From Geosiphon pyriformis uo1 (lineage: Eukaryota > Fungi > Glomeromycota), in NCBI GenBank assembly GCA_016748015.1, contig JAAOMT010000620.1, forward strand, positions 486,256 through 550,255: a DNA stretch of 64,000 bases, given 5' to 3'. This document shows positions 39,001 to 51,845 of the stretch, one piece after another. A program made the position numbers and the translations under genes. The notes beneath the pieces were generated by a model. That model was given only the letters and a program-made list of their open reading frames with translations, ran no database searches and was not told the origin of the DNA. Each line of letters begins with the position of its first letter. The stretch's first letter is position 1.

Positions 39001-42000
39001 TGCGTTGATGTACCCTTTAAAACTGAAAAATTGTCCCCATGAAGAACATTAAAAGTGCTGCAAGCTGAAGAAATCCTATTTGAGAGGATCTTGAAAAGAA
39101 TCTTGCGGGCTGTTTCAATTAGAGCAATAGGATGAGTGTTCATGAGAACTCCCTCCCATTTATATGGTTTAGGAATCATAGAAACCCAGGCTTCTCTTCA
39201 AGGTCTAGGAATTAACTCACTAACTAAACATAGGTTCAAAAGCACCAGAAGCATATCCAAAACTGATTTGTCACAACACTTCCACAATTCGTTAGAGATA
39301 CCAGAGAAACCAGCCACCTTTCCATCAGGAAGATCCTTGATGACTGCCAACATCTCATCAAAACTAATTGGACACATAACACCAGAGAAAGCACCATTAA
39401 AAACATGCTCCAGAAGCCAATATTAGCGAACCCAATCTCCAGAGATGTCAGAAACCACCCTATGCTTTCTTGTCCACCCTTCCATGATTTCATCCACCTT
39501 TGATTTAACAGAGTCAGGCTCCAAAACCAGCTCATCTCCCACAACCAAATGATCTAAGACTACCTTGTGAAAGGAATGCTCCAAAACACTCCTAATTGTG
39601 TAATCTTTGTCTAATTCAAAACTCTCTATCTTCCTATTAATAGCCTGCTTGATTGAAGATTCCTCAGTGTGTTTGGATTTCAACAACTTAGAAGCACAGT
39701 ACAACTTCCTTGCTTTGGCCAGTGCAGAACAAATGGGATTGAAACCAGAACCTGAAAGGAACAGAAATTTCACCACCGATGCATTAAAGAAATCAAGCTT
39801 ATCCCATGTCTCCAACAACAAAGCAAAATCCCCACCAGAAACCAAGCAAGAATTCCTAACCAGCTTAGACACCAGCAGCTCCAGTTTATGAAACCTAGAC
39901 AAAACCTTATTAAAAACACTATCGAAACTCTTGAACCATTTTTTTTTGAAAGTTCCATCTGCTGAAAGAACCATAATTTTTTGAACAACATTCCACATCT
40001 CATCTATATTTGAAAATTTCCTAGCCATAACAAAAGCATCTGAAAACATAGAAGCATTATCAGCCATGGCATTCTTAAACTTCAACCATTTCACCTCACT
40101 AGCACATTTGATGTCAAATTTCCAATGATCCCTATTGGCCTGTTTGTGCAATGAAGATAGCTGCACATCTAATAACCCATTTATACCCACAAACACAGAA
40201 ACAGCCTTATAATCAGTATCAAAAAATTCATCAACACCAGCTACACTGTAATCTACAACCGTGTTAATCAAATTAAAGGAGACAAAAACATAGTCAATTG
40301 TCTTGGCAACACCACAAAAATTGCACCAAGTAGAAGATTTCACAAACAAACTCCCACCCAAAGAATTGACCAAACCCAAATCAAAACACTTATTGAAACT
40401 GGCACATTTGTGAGAACTGTCCTCATTGAAATCACCACCAAGAATAATGAAAAAAGATTCATTCATCACTTTAGCAATGAAAGAGTTGATATTACCAGCC
40501 TGAGAGAAACGAATTACTGAAGAAGCACCAGTGTACAGCCCTAGAATTGACACAGAAAGCTTGTTCTTAAAAAGCAGCCTCATCGACAAGAGCCAACCAG
40601 GAATCTCCGAAACCTTGCACACATGTCTCGCCAACAAAGAGTTCAAAATAATAGCAACACCAGATCCCATGTGACCAGAATCCAGACCAGAAGTAAAAAT
40701 GCAAATACCATCAAACCTATCAGCAATTCAAGGGCAAATCTTCCCCTTCAACTTTGTTTCAGTAACAATGGAAACCAGATTGTTTATATCCTTATGCCAA
40801 CAAACAATGTCCATCTGCTTTGTACAATTGTTCATATCTCTAACATTGCACATGGTAATTTTCCAAACCAAATGAGTCATTGAGATAATGTAATAGCTAA
40901 CACACCCAAACCAGAACACAGAAGATTCAACTTATCCAAAACCAAACCAACTGAAGCTTCCAAAGCAACCAATTTTGTTTCCAAACCACCCATCTTGGCA
41001 GTAAGAACTTTAAAACCACTAGCGCTGAGGTTGACAATAGCATCATTAGTGACAGGGAGAGTAATACCAGAAGAACTCAAAGCATTGTCCACAATTATAT
41101 CCGAATCCACCTCAGAACCCAAAGCTGCAGAAACAACAGAAGGGGAGACCAAGGAAGAAGGAGCTAAAGGAACCACACCAAAGGAATCCAACCTAACCAG
41201 GATGCCAGAAACACAGTCAGCCAAAAGCTCCAAAGAGCATTCCAAAATTGCCAAATGATCACTCAAATGGGAAACAACAAGAGGATCAGATACTACTAAA
41301 GGAGGAACCAAACCAGAATGCAAATCATAACCAGAGGAACCAGAAAGAAACACATGGGAGGGGGTGCCACCAGCAACTTGGGCCCATGTCTTGCCACCAA
41401 ATGAAACTGGACAAGCAATAGGAGCTGATTTTTTTTTATATATACCAGCCAGGCAAATCCAATCCTGATCAGAAACTACCCTTTTCCCATGAGCACCAGA
41501 ACTTCCACCCACAGAACAATCAGCATGGATATGACCTAATTGTTCATACTTGGCACAGCTAGCCAAAACAAGACTAGCCCAACACAAACTAACACCCTTG
41601 AAAATCGAAATAGTACTAATAGCAGCCAACCTGGCAGTTTCATCATCAAAACAGACAATTGCACACCTATCACAAACATAAGAGACAGGATTGCAACCAA
41701 TGAAACATGTCTTCCTACCATAAGATTCCAACAAATCAGAAAGATCATGGGCTGTTGTTTCCACTGGCAAAGTATACAACAAAGCCTGATGCTGATTCCT
41801 AGAAATCTACAATAGTTTATCTTCAGTTGCCAAAGCCACTCACACAGAATCCTTACCCATGAAAACTAACCACTTGAAAGCAACCACGCCAACTATTTCA
41901 GCTGACTTAAACTCTACCAAGGCCTTTTGCCATAGACCAACTAACTGCAATCTGATTGAAACAATCTCACCAAACTTGGAAAAAACCAATTCCACAGCCG

Positions 42001-42959
42001 ATTTGAGAAGATCAACCAGAATTTCCTTGACCACAATTTCCTGATTTGAACAACTATGTACTTTTTTTAGCTCATCATTAACTAAAATCTTTTCATTGAC
42101 AGCCAAACTCTTAGCCTTATTCATACTAGCTTCTGAAGTGAAAGTAGATCTGATGATCCCAGGGAACTTTGAGGAAATGAAAACCCCTCCAAAACCATCA
42201 ACATGATAAAAATTTTTTTTGATTGAGACCAACTTATCACCATTAGTTTTGCCAGGAACAGCTAACAAATTCACATCCAGAGCAAATAATTTCACTGGCC
42301 TGAAACTATGACTTTCGAGAACATGTAATTTAAAAGAGGACAGCTGATTGGACCCATTGATTTTAGGAGGCAGCAACATGGAATTGTCATTTATAGTAGC
42401 AAATAGAGGTGCCTTAAAAGATTATTCCAACACATATGTCCAAGTGCGAGTTCTATATGGTGTAGTCTCATCCATTTTGTTGTCCTTACCTGAATCAATG
42501 TAGCTTGTCTCCTCAGCAACTAAGTTCTCCAAATTTTCAACATCCAAAAGACCACTTACACTGTCAGAAATGCTACTCACTCTGCTTCTCCAAGATGCTG
42601 CCAGCTTGCCATCGTCACCACCCAAATCTTTCAAACGTAGAGGACCAGCAGATGACTCAACTGAAACGCCAGCTGCAGGCTTTTTAGGCTTCTTGTAGGA
42701 TGCACCATGGGCGTAGATTGTATCAATACACTTGTTTTTAGCACTCTGGCAGGTCCCCAAACCAGCCAAACCCAAACCAGAACCACCAGCAGACAAGCCC
42801 ACCAGTTCTATCACAACAAATAAAGATAAGTTAGAAGAAATAGTTAACAGGAACTGAGGGGAGAGAGAAAAGGAAAAGCAATTTTTTCAAAATTATCTTT
42901 TGTTCTCGTTGTGGTTAGAAGATTGACGAGAGAAAAGATTTTTTATAATTTTTATTAAT
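36061..42959 (-). mobile_element. Full-length LINE (copy C), inactivated
   Basis: 10-bp TSD ACAGCTATAT at 36051-36060 and 42960-42969. A-tail present. ORF1 ~42814-40877; ORF2 40880-36192 with AFVDD RT motif and RNase H. Confidence 0.93.
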
Positions 42960-43736
42960 ACAGCTATATAACCAAGTCTAAAAAGTTTATTATAAATAAT
43001 TTATTTACTTATTTTAATTTTAAAATATGTTTTTACAAGTTGTGTCTTGATTTTAATTTACAATTTTTTTAATCTGGTATTGTATTTTTAGTAAAGTTTT
43101 TTGTGAACAATTTAAATAATAAATTGCTCAAATTTAAATATTTTTATGAAATTATTTTTATATATTGTTTATAAAAATAAAAATAATATTAGTTTTTTAA
43201 AATATTTTGGTTGAATTTTAATAATTTTGTTGTTAAAATTTTTTAATAATTTTACAATTGAATTTACAAAATTATTTTTTATTACAAAAAATAAAACATA
43301 TTATGAATCAAAACAATTTTATTTTAAAAAATAAAAACAGTAATATAAAATATATATGTATATAAATTATTACTTAAAATATTTTAACAATAATTAATTA
43401 GATCATAATAAGAATTATATACTATAAAAGTTATCTTGTCATTATTTTTTAAAAATATTATATTTAGAAATATTATAATTAATAAAAAAATTTTAAATAT
43501 ATATAATTTTTTTAATATAAATTACAATTTTGTTTTTGTTTTAATAGATTTAAATAGTTTATTAGATGTTTAATTATTTTTTCTGCAAAAACAAAATAAT
43601 AAAAAATGTTAAAAATATAATTTTAAAAATTCAAATAATATTAAATAAATTTATTTTATAAAGAATTTTTTTAAACACAAAAAAACTAAAAATTTAAATT
43701 AAATTTTAGTTAATTATATATTTATTTGCTAAGATA

Positions 43737-46700
43737 ATAGAAAAAACTTCTTTCTCTCTTTTGTCCAAAATTCCCAAAAAAGAGTCAAAAGTTTTTTGAA
43801 AAGAAGTTTATTTTCACAATTCAGTATGATAAATCTAAACTATTTATTCTCAACTACGAAGCCACTGTTGACAGTAGTATTGTTGTTATAAAAAAGGCTG
43901 CCAAAGCTTCTGGTTTTAATGCTAGCTTTAAGTCTGTTCTTCCAAAAAAAAAAAGGAGAGGTGGTGCTCTGGAAGAAGATTCAAATAGTAGTATAGTTAG
44001 TCCTAAAGTTCAAGTTGGTCATTCATGGGGTTCAGAGGCTGGTGATACCACTAAGTCTAACAGTATTGACATAGAAGAAGAGTGTCTTGTTGAGGAGACC
44101 AGTTTTGATTTCGGAGATGGTGGAGCTCTTGCTGGTAGAGACCCTAATCAAACACCTACAGATTCTAAAGTCAAAACAAAAAAAGCATTGGGCAAGCCTT
44201 TTGGTAAAATTAATTTCTCAGTTGGTAGTAATGATAATAGTGTTCTCTTAGATGCTCCTCTAAATCTGTCTCCTTCCTTGAAGAATATGGTCAATATTTC
44301 TGTTCACAAGTCTTTTGTTTTAGATATTGGGCTGAATAAAATCTCTGGAAAATCTTCTCAGAAAAAGCTAATGATGGTTAAAAAGTTGTTTTCAAAAGTT
44401 AATGGTTTTGGGGGGGCCTTTACCCCCTCAAAATTTTCTGGAATTATCTGAGCAATGTTCACTTCCGAATCAAGTTTAATGAAAGCTACCAAGTTGGCTA
44501 CTGATACAAAGATCCTGGTAAACACTAATCTTAAGAAATCAACTGGTCACTCAGATTGGGCTGTGGTATTAAAGGAAATTCTGGTTGGAACATCAGCTAA
44601 GGCTGTATGTGCTGCACTATCTGAATTTGGTACAATTAAGTCAATCAAGATGCAGTTGGTAGGGCTGTGGCAAAAGACAATCATTGAATTTGAGGAGAAA
44701 AATCAAGCAGATCTTTTGGCAGCTAGGTGGTCTATTCTAATTAGGAAAGATGCAGTACGTGTTGCCAAATCAGATTTAAACAAATTGACATGGGATATGA
44801 GAGATCATTATAGAGTGCTGCTCTATACTCTTTCAGTGGGAACAAATGCTTATGACATATGAAACTTTATTGGTTTTATGAGTGGAAAAACATGTGTAAT
44901 TGATCACCATTCAGTTATATATGCCTAGACCAAATGTGCAGTTGTTTGCTTTGAGTCAGCTGAATCATTGGATGCCATTATGGGAACCACATCTGTGCTA
45001 AAGGGTACTCATCTTCATTGATCTTATCTTGTTTCTACTATATGTGCAAAGTGTGGGAAACTGGGTCATACATCTCTGGGCTGTGTTTCAGGTGGGAAAT
45101 CTTTTTCTGGTGGCTTGCCTCATCATGTTCTTTTAGATGCAGATAAAAGCAGACTGGCAGCCATTTATGCTAAGCATTTGGCACTTGTTGCTTGTCCTGT
45201 TTCATTTGGTGGTGTTTCATGGACCAAGATTGTTGGTGGGTCCCTCTTTTCTCCTCTCCCTGTTCGGAATGTTTCATTGAATAATGGCTTCTCTTTGGAG
45301 ATGAAGCCTACCCCACAGGTGTCTTTAGTGTTAAATGATAGGTTTGCCACTCTTGAGCACAGTCTTGTCAGCCTTGCAAAGTGTATGGATAAGCTGGCTA
45401 AAAGATTGGATGCGCTTGGGTTAATGGTTTCCCAGCTTAGCTCTGGACATCAGTTATTGGTGACTCCTTCATCACAGAATTAAGAGGCAGATATAGTAAT
45501 GAGTAAGGGTTTGGATGTGGACACTGGTGGTGGGACTGTTGCAGAAATGGCAGTTTTTGACTCTTCAATTATCTCGAAAATGGAGGAAACATTGAGAAAT
45601 CTTTCAATTATGGTTATGAGTCTTTCGGCTAAAATAGACAATGCCAATTCTGTTCCTGCTCCTTATCTTTTCTAATGACAGATCTAGTTTGAAAAATTGC
45701 TATGTGCAATGTTCGAGGTATCAATGTCCCTGTCAAGCAGGAAGATGTTGTTTGGTGGTATAGGGAATTAGACAATCTGGTCTTGATTGTTACAGAAATG
45801 AAATTACGGTCTAGCATCAAATCATGGATTGCTAATAAATTTGAGGGTGTGCAGGTCTTTACATCTGGCTTGGACAAGGGTTTTCTTGGCACTGGAGTAG
45901 CAGTAATCATAAATGTTTGTTTGGCCTGTCATGTGTCTAAGATCGAAGAAGTTCCTGGTTAGGTGGTCTCAGTGCATTTTTTGTTCAAAGGCAAGCTTTT
46001 GGTTATATTCCTGGGTTTGTATGCTAATGCTTCTGCTAATGTTAGGTTTGGTCAGGCTCTGGAAGTGAATTCATTGATTGCTAAGGCTGTTAACTCTACT
46101 ACTTTCATTGTCTTGGGTGATGACTTCAATGAAAATGGGTCTGGAAAGAGTGTGAGTTTCAAGTTCTGTTTGAATTTGGGTCTGGTCAACTTATTTGCTG
46201 GTCATTCTTTGGTTAAGGCTCTTACTTGGAGCAACTCAAGAGAAGTTGAAAAGACTATTGATTACATTTTTATTAGTGAGAGCTTGTCTTCTGCTGTTAC
46301 AGGTCAAGGAATTAGTTCTGTCTCTGGCTTTTTTGATACTAATCACAAGGCTGTTACTGTGTCCATTGATTTAGGTGGATTTTTGGATGTTTGTTTGAAT
46401 AGTTTATGCAAGCAGGCCAATAGGAATTGTTGGAAGTTCAGAATTAAAGATGCCAACAATGCAAAGTGGTCTCGTTTTAGAGAACACTTCTCTAATAGAA
46501 TTCTAGGAGTTGAAGAAGAATTTCAGAATGCTAGTGTTTTTTTGGATTTGGACTGGATGTGATTATTGTTAGAGAGGGTGATAGTAGAATCAGCTGACAG
46601 AGTGTTTTCTAGACATTGGTTCAGTGAATTTTAGTGTTCCAGAAATAAGCAGTCTTCTAGGTTTTTTGGACTGGAAGTGTTGGTTGCGAAAATTGTTAGG

Positions 46701-49700
46701 TTGTTGGGCTCAGGTGATATTTCTGGTCTTGGCTGTCTCTTGAAGAAGTGGTCTGTTTTGGATGCTGACAAGACTTCCGTTGTTTTGGCCCTAATTCAGA
46801 ATGGTGAAAAACTCTCCATTATTCTTAAATATTTGTCTCTGATCAGAAAAAGTTATCAGAGATCTAAGATGTATGAGTCATGGTTAGCTGAAAAAGCTTC
46901 TGTTAGGAAGGTTATTGTGAAACATATAGACAAGTTTTGTTCAGATAAAGATGGCATGATCAGAAGTGTTTTGGACTGTCTCTTTCATAAGATAGTTTTG
47001 GATTATTTGGTTGTAGATGATAGTTTAGTTTTGGAGCCTAAGGAGGTGAAAGTCAGTATTAATAATATCATGGAGGGTTAGACGAGAAAGCAAGCGGTGC
47101 TTACAGTGTTGCCTGACCTCTGGGCTCGCCAATATGCACCTTTGGACTATGTGCAGAATAATGTTTTTGCTGGGGTGATGTGTGAAATTGGCTTGAATAA
47201 GCTGCTCTCAGTCATTAAAGGCTTGCCTGATGGCAAAGCTGCCAGTTTGTCTGGCATTCCGAATGAATTATGGAAACATAGTGGTGATAAGATGTTGGGC
47301 TGCCTTTTGAAGCTGTTGAATATATGCTTAGTTGTTGGTGGAATGTCTATTTTATGAAGGAGAGTGTGAGTTTTGATAATTCCAAAACTGTATAATTGGG
47401 ATGAAATTCTCACAAATACTTGACCCATAGCCTTGATTGAGACTGCCCAGAAGATTCTTTCTAAGATCTTGTTTGATCATATTTCACTGGTGTGTAACAA
47501 GTTTGGAGTTCTCCATGGAGACAACTTTTTGGTTCTGAAAGGCACTTCCACACAGTCTCCAGTGTTTGCTGTTGGGTCAGTAGTTGAAGATGTGATTGAA
47601 AAAAATAGGGAAATATGGCTGGTTCTACAAGATATGAGAAAGACTTATGATTCTGTTGAGTGGTTTTACTTAAGAACTAGCCTGCGACAAATCAAAATGT
47701 GTGATAAATTCATCCAATTTTTTGGTAGCATACATGAAGATAAGATTAATCATGTAATGACTGATTTCGGCTTGACTAAAGGCTACAAAGTGCATAATGG
47801 ACTGGATTAGGGTGAGGTTTTCTCACCTCTTCTCTGGAAAATCTTCTACGATCTGTTCCTGTGTGAGGTCAAGTGACATGAGTAATTGTGTGGTTACTGT
47901 ATTGACATTAAGTTTGTTTTAAGAACTGGCAGAATTAAAAGTTGTAGTGGTCTAACTTCCTATTTTGCTGCAGGGGCATTTGTTGATGATACTATTTAGA
48001 TTGGGAATTGCCAGACCTCTATTCAGTTTGCTTTGAACATTGCCAGTGAGTTTTTTGAGACCAATAATATTTCTATCAACAGTAATAAGACAGTGGCTAT
48101 TCTAATTAATCAGGGTGTCAAAATTGCTTCTTTGTCCATTTGTGGTCAGCCAATCTCTGTTGTCAGAAAAGGTGAAGCTCATCATTACCTGAGTATCTTT
48201 TTGTTCACTGAAGGTCTGTCTAGGCCGAGTGTTGTCAAGGCTCATTCTGACATTTGATTTTTTGCTAATGTTGTGCTTAGAAAAGCTATCACAGACAAGC
48301 AATTCTCTTATTTAGTGTCAGCTGTCTTGCAGCCTATAGTTAATTACAGAATTCAGTTCAGTTTTGTCTCATCAGGTGTTTGTCGCAAGTGGGATGTTAT
48401 AATTCAAAAGGGTCTTAAAGTGAAGGCTAGGCTGCCCCAGGATTTTCTTGATGCGGCATTGCATCATTCCTCTTTGTATGATTTGAAAACTTTTGAACAG
48501 ATTCAGTCTAAGGCAAAGGTCATGGCTTTGGTTTCTTTCTTCAATGCTTCTGGTATTCTTGGACATTTGTTCAATCATAGGTTCTTAGATTTACAGGTTT
48601 TAAATTGGGCTCCTTTGAATCCTTTGCAGTTTTCAGTCAAGTTACATGTTAGTCTAGTGGACAATTTTTTGGCTGGCTTGGTTAAAATTTTGTTGGACAA
48701 TGAGTTTTCTTTAACAAACAATCTTCTGAGTGTCTTTCGTGACTCTGGTTGGCTTCCTTTGTCCTTAATTCTCAGGAAGTCTCTGTACTTTAATTCCATG
48801 CATTTTTTGAAGTGATTTGGTGTTGCTTTTGGTGATAGACTTTTTGATAAGAAGAGTAGCGTGTTGGATTGGAAAAATTTTTGTCAGTGGAAGAAGCTGG
48901 ATTTTTGTGGTCTTGTCCCTCATTGGTTCATGATTGCTTCTAATCATTTGCTGAACCTGGATACATCTTTGTTGGGCTCTGCCAAGTCTGTTCATTCTGG
49001 CTTTAAAAACATTATAGAATCTAGTGGGTTTTTTAATGTGAAAGATAATTTGCATGAAATATAGTCTGGTTTGTTTGAGGTATATACAGATGGATCCTTG
49101 AAAGACACTGGCTCTGCTAGTGTTGTTGGTAGAGCTGCTGCCTATTTTCTCATATTGGATTGTAGTGTTGGTGTTTCTGTCATTGGTCTGCTGTCTTCTA
49201 CTATAACCAAATTGCAAGCCATTGTATTGTCCTTAGAGTGTGTTCTATCTTTGAGTACTGTGGTTTTGCATCTTGACAGCCAAGCTGCTATTAATGCTTG
49301 TGTTTCTGAGCTATCTTCTGCTGCGCCTGATTTCCGTAACCGATGCTAGATTGAGAGATATCACATCTTTAATTTGGTTAAGGAAAAAGATCTTAGTGTG
49401 AGTTGGGTAAAGGTTAAGGGCCATTCTGGGATCTGTGGTAATATTAAAGCTGATTTGGTGGCTGGTGAGGCTGTGCGGTCTTCTTTTAGATTGTTGGCTG
49501 AAGTGCAGAAGTGGTTTTTGGTCACTGAGAACACTGCTGTATCAGATAACACCTGTTATTTTGTTAGAGATATGTTTCAATCCATTTGCCATGCTCGTTG
49601 GGAGGCTGGTCCTGGTTTTGATGTGGTTTCTGAAAATTTGATAAATAATGTGAATTGGATTGCTACTGCAAAAGTGTGGCATCCTGATTCCCATATGCTT

Positions 49701-50501
49701 GCTGGTTTTACTAGCCTTAAATCTTCTAATCTGCACATGTACATCATGAAAGTGGTACATAGACAGTTGCCAGTGGCTGTTCAAAAGAGATTATATGATA
49801 AGAGATACCCTGGTGTGTTGTGCTTGATGTGTGGGGAAGTGGAACTTTTGGATCACATTTTTATCTGTGCTGGTGACATTGATGTTTGTAACAATATTCT
49901 GGTGGAAGCATCTGCACATTGGTCTACTTTGGTTGGTGCCTGCTTTTCGTTGTTTTCCACTGTTCTGTGGGTGCTGTCACAATGTTCTTTAGATGTGAGT
50001 TTATATACTATGGTGTGTAAGGGGTTTGTCTTAGGTGAATGAAATGAGGAGGCCTATAAAACTTTTGAGGATAAGAAGAAAACAAATGTTCAGATAGTTG
50101 GGTTTGTGAGATTTATTGTGGAGTTGCATCATATAAGAGCTTGGTTAGTAAGATTTAAACACAGAGTTGTCATAGAGAAGACTGGTTTGGTTCATAATAA
50201 CAGTATGGTTTCTGGTTTGTCCTATGTTGTGTCCTCTTTTTTGTCAGATGGAGTGGTCAGATTACTTGGTTTGAGTAAGTCATTTGCTGTTAGCTTCAGC
50301 CATCGTAAGCTGTGTGATTTTTTTTCTGGTCTAAGTGGTAATGTTAAGGTTTATATAAGTATATAGTGTTGCCTTGACTGGCTTGAGTGGCTAGCCACAT
50401 GTAAAGAGTGTGTGAGTTGCGTTTAGTTTGAGCCACTTAGTTTGATTCTTTGTACTAGATAACGGTTGGGCTTTACTCGTTAAATAAATAAATAAAAAAA
50501 A
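43737..50501 (+). mobile_element. Full-length LINE (copy D), inactivated
   Basis: TSD ATTTGCTAAGA at 43724-43734 and 50502-50512. (TAAA)n/A tail. ORF1 43888-45678 (ATG>ATA), ORF2 45675-50366. Confidence 0.93.
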
Positions 50502-51573
50502 ATTTGCTAAGACAGTTTTTAAAAAATTATGGTTTTATGTTTTTAATAATAATATTTTAAAATTTTATAAGATATTACAATTTTAACTTTTAATATCTAA
50601 GATTATTAAGATAATAAATTTGAAATTTGATATTAAGCTCTTATTATTGTAAAAATTATATTTATTAAAAATATATTTAATATAAGTTTAATATAAATAT
50701 TATTAAGTTTATTTTATTTAAAATAAAAAAATCTTATTATATTGCTAAGCTTTATAAATTATAATTTGTTTTAAAATTTTATATTAGATTTATTATTTTT
50801 AAACATATAAAAAATATTAATAAAAATTATATTATTTAAAATATCTTATAATGCTTTTTTTAAAAATTGGTTTAAATTATTTAATTAATAATAATAAACT
50901 AATTTTAAATTCAGTAAATATTAAGTTTTAAGTATATATAATCATAAAAAATTAGGCCAGAAAAAAATTAATGTTAAATAAAATTCTGGTTCTTTAATAA
51001 TTATAATATGCTTTTTTAGATTATATAAAAAATAATATTTTTAACAAAATTATATTAAAAATTAAATATAATGAATTTTTTTGTGTGATTAAAAATTTGT
51101 TAAATAATAAAATAGCTAATTTATTTAATATTTTAAATAAATTTTGAAAGTATTATAACATAATTATATTAAAAATATACTTAGATTTTATAAATTTGTG
51201 TTTACTAATAAAGTTATTTTTAAGTTTTGAAAAATAATTTAAGTATTTATAATTTTTAAATTTTATAAATAAAAAAAAGGTTTAATAAATATCAGATTCA
51301 TTGCTATAATTAAAACTGTTTACAAAATTTTTTCAACTTTTATTTTAATTGTATAAAAATTGTTTAATGTTTTTTACAATAATAATTTTTTAGTTTTAAA
51401 GAGTATTTTAATTTAATTTCTTATATTTATTATAAAATATGTTGTAAAAAATACTTTAAAAAAATTATAAATTAACATTAGTATTGTAAAATATAATTTA
51501 GTAAATTAATATTATTTAAAGAATAATTTATTTAAAATTAAGATATATAAAATATTTATAAAAATATTTATAA

Positions 51574-51845
51574 TTTTTTTTTATTAAGTTTAATGAGTAC
51601 AGTTTAACTACTACTTAATTACATAAAACCAAACAAATTCTATATTAAGTGTGGCTCATGCATTTTCCACATGTAATCAGCCACTCGAGCCAGTCAAGGT
51701 GACACTACACACCAAGAATACCAGTCATAAAGAAATTATGTAAAAAACCAAACTGTACATTATATAATTGAGAATAAAAACCAAAACATGCATGTACACT
51801 CAGCTTAATGCCAAAACTATTAATCATGTCACAAAACCAAACCAA
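51574..51845 (-). mobile_element. 3' end (ORF2 tail, 3' UTR, A-tail) of LINE copy E, split off by an LTR-element insertion
   Basis: 3' UTR homologous to copies A-D (GACTGGCTCGAGTGGCTG...). Coding sequence resumes at 55104. Confidence 0.85.
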
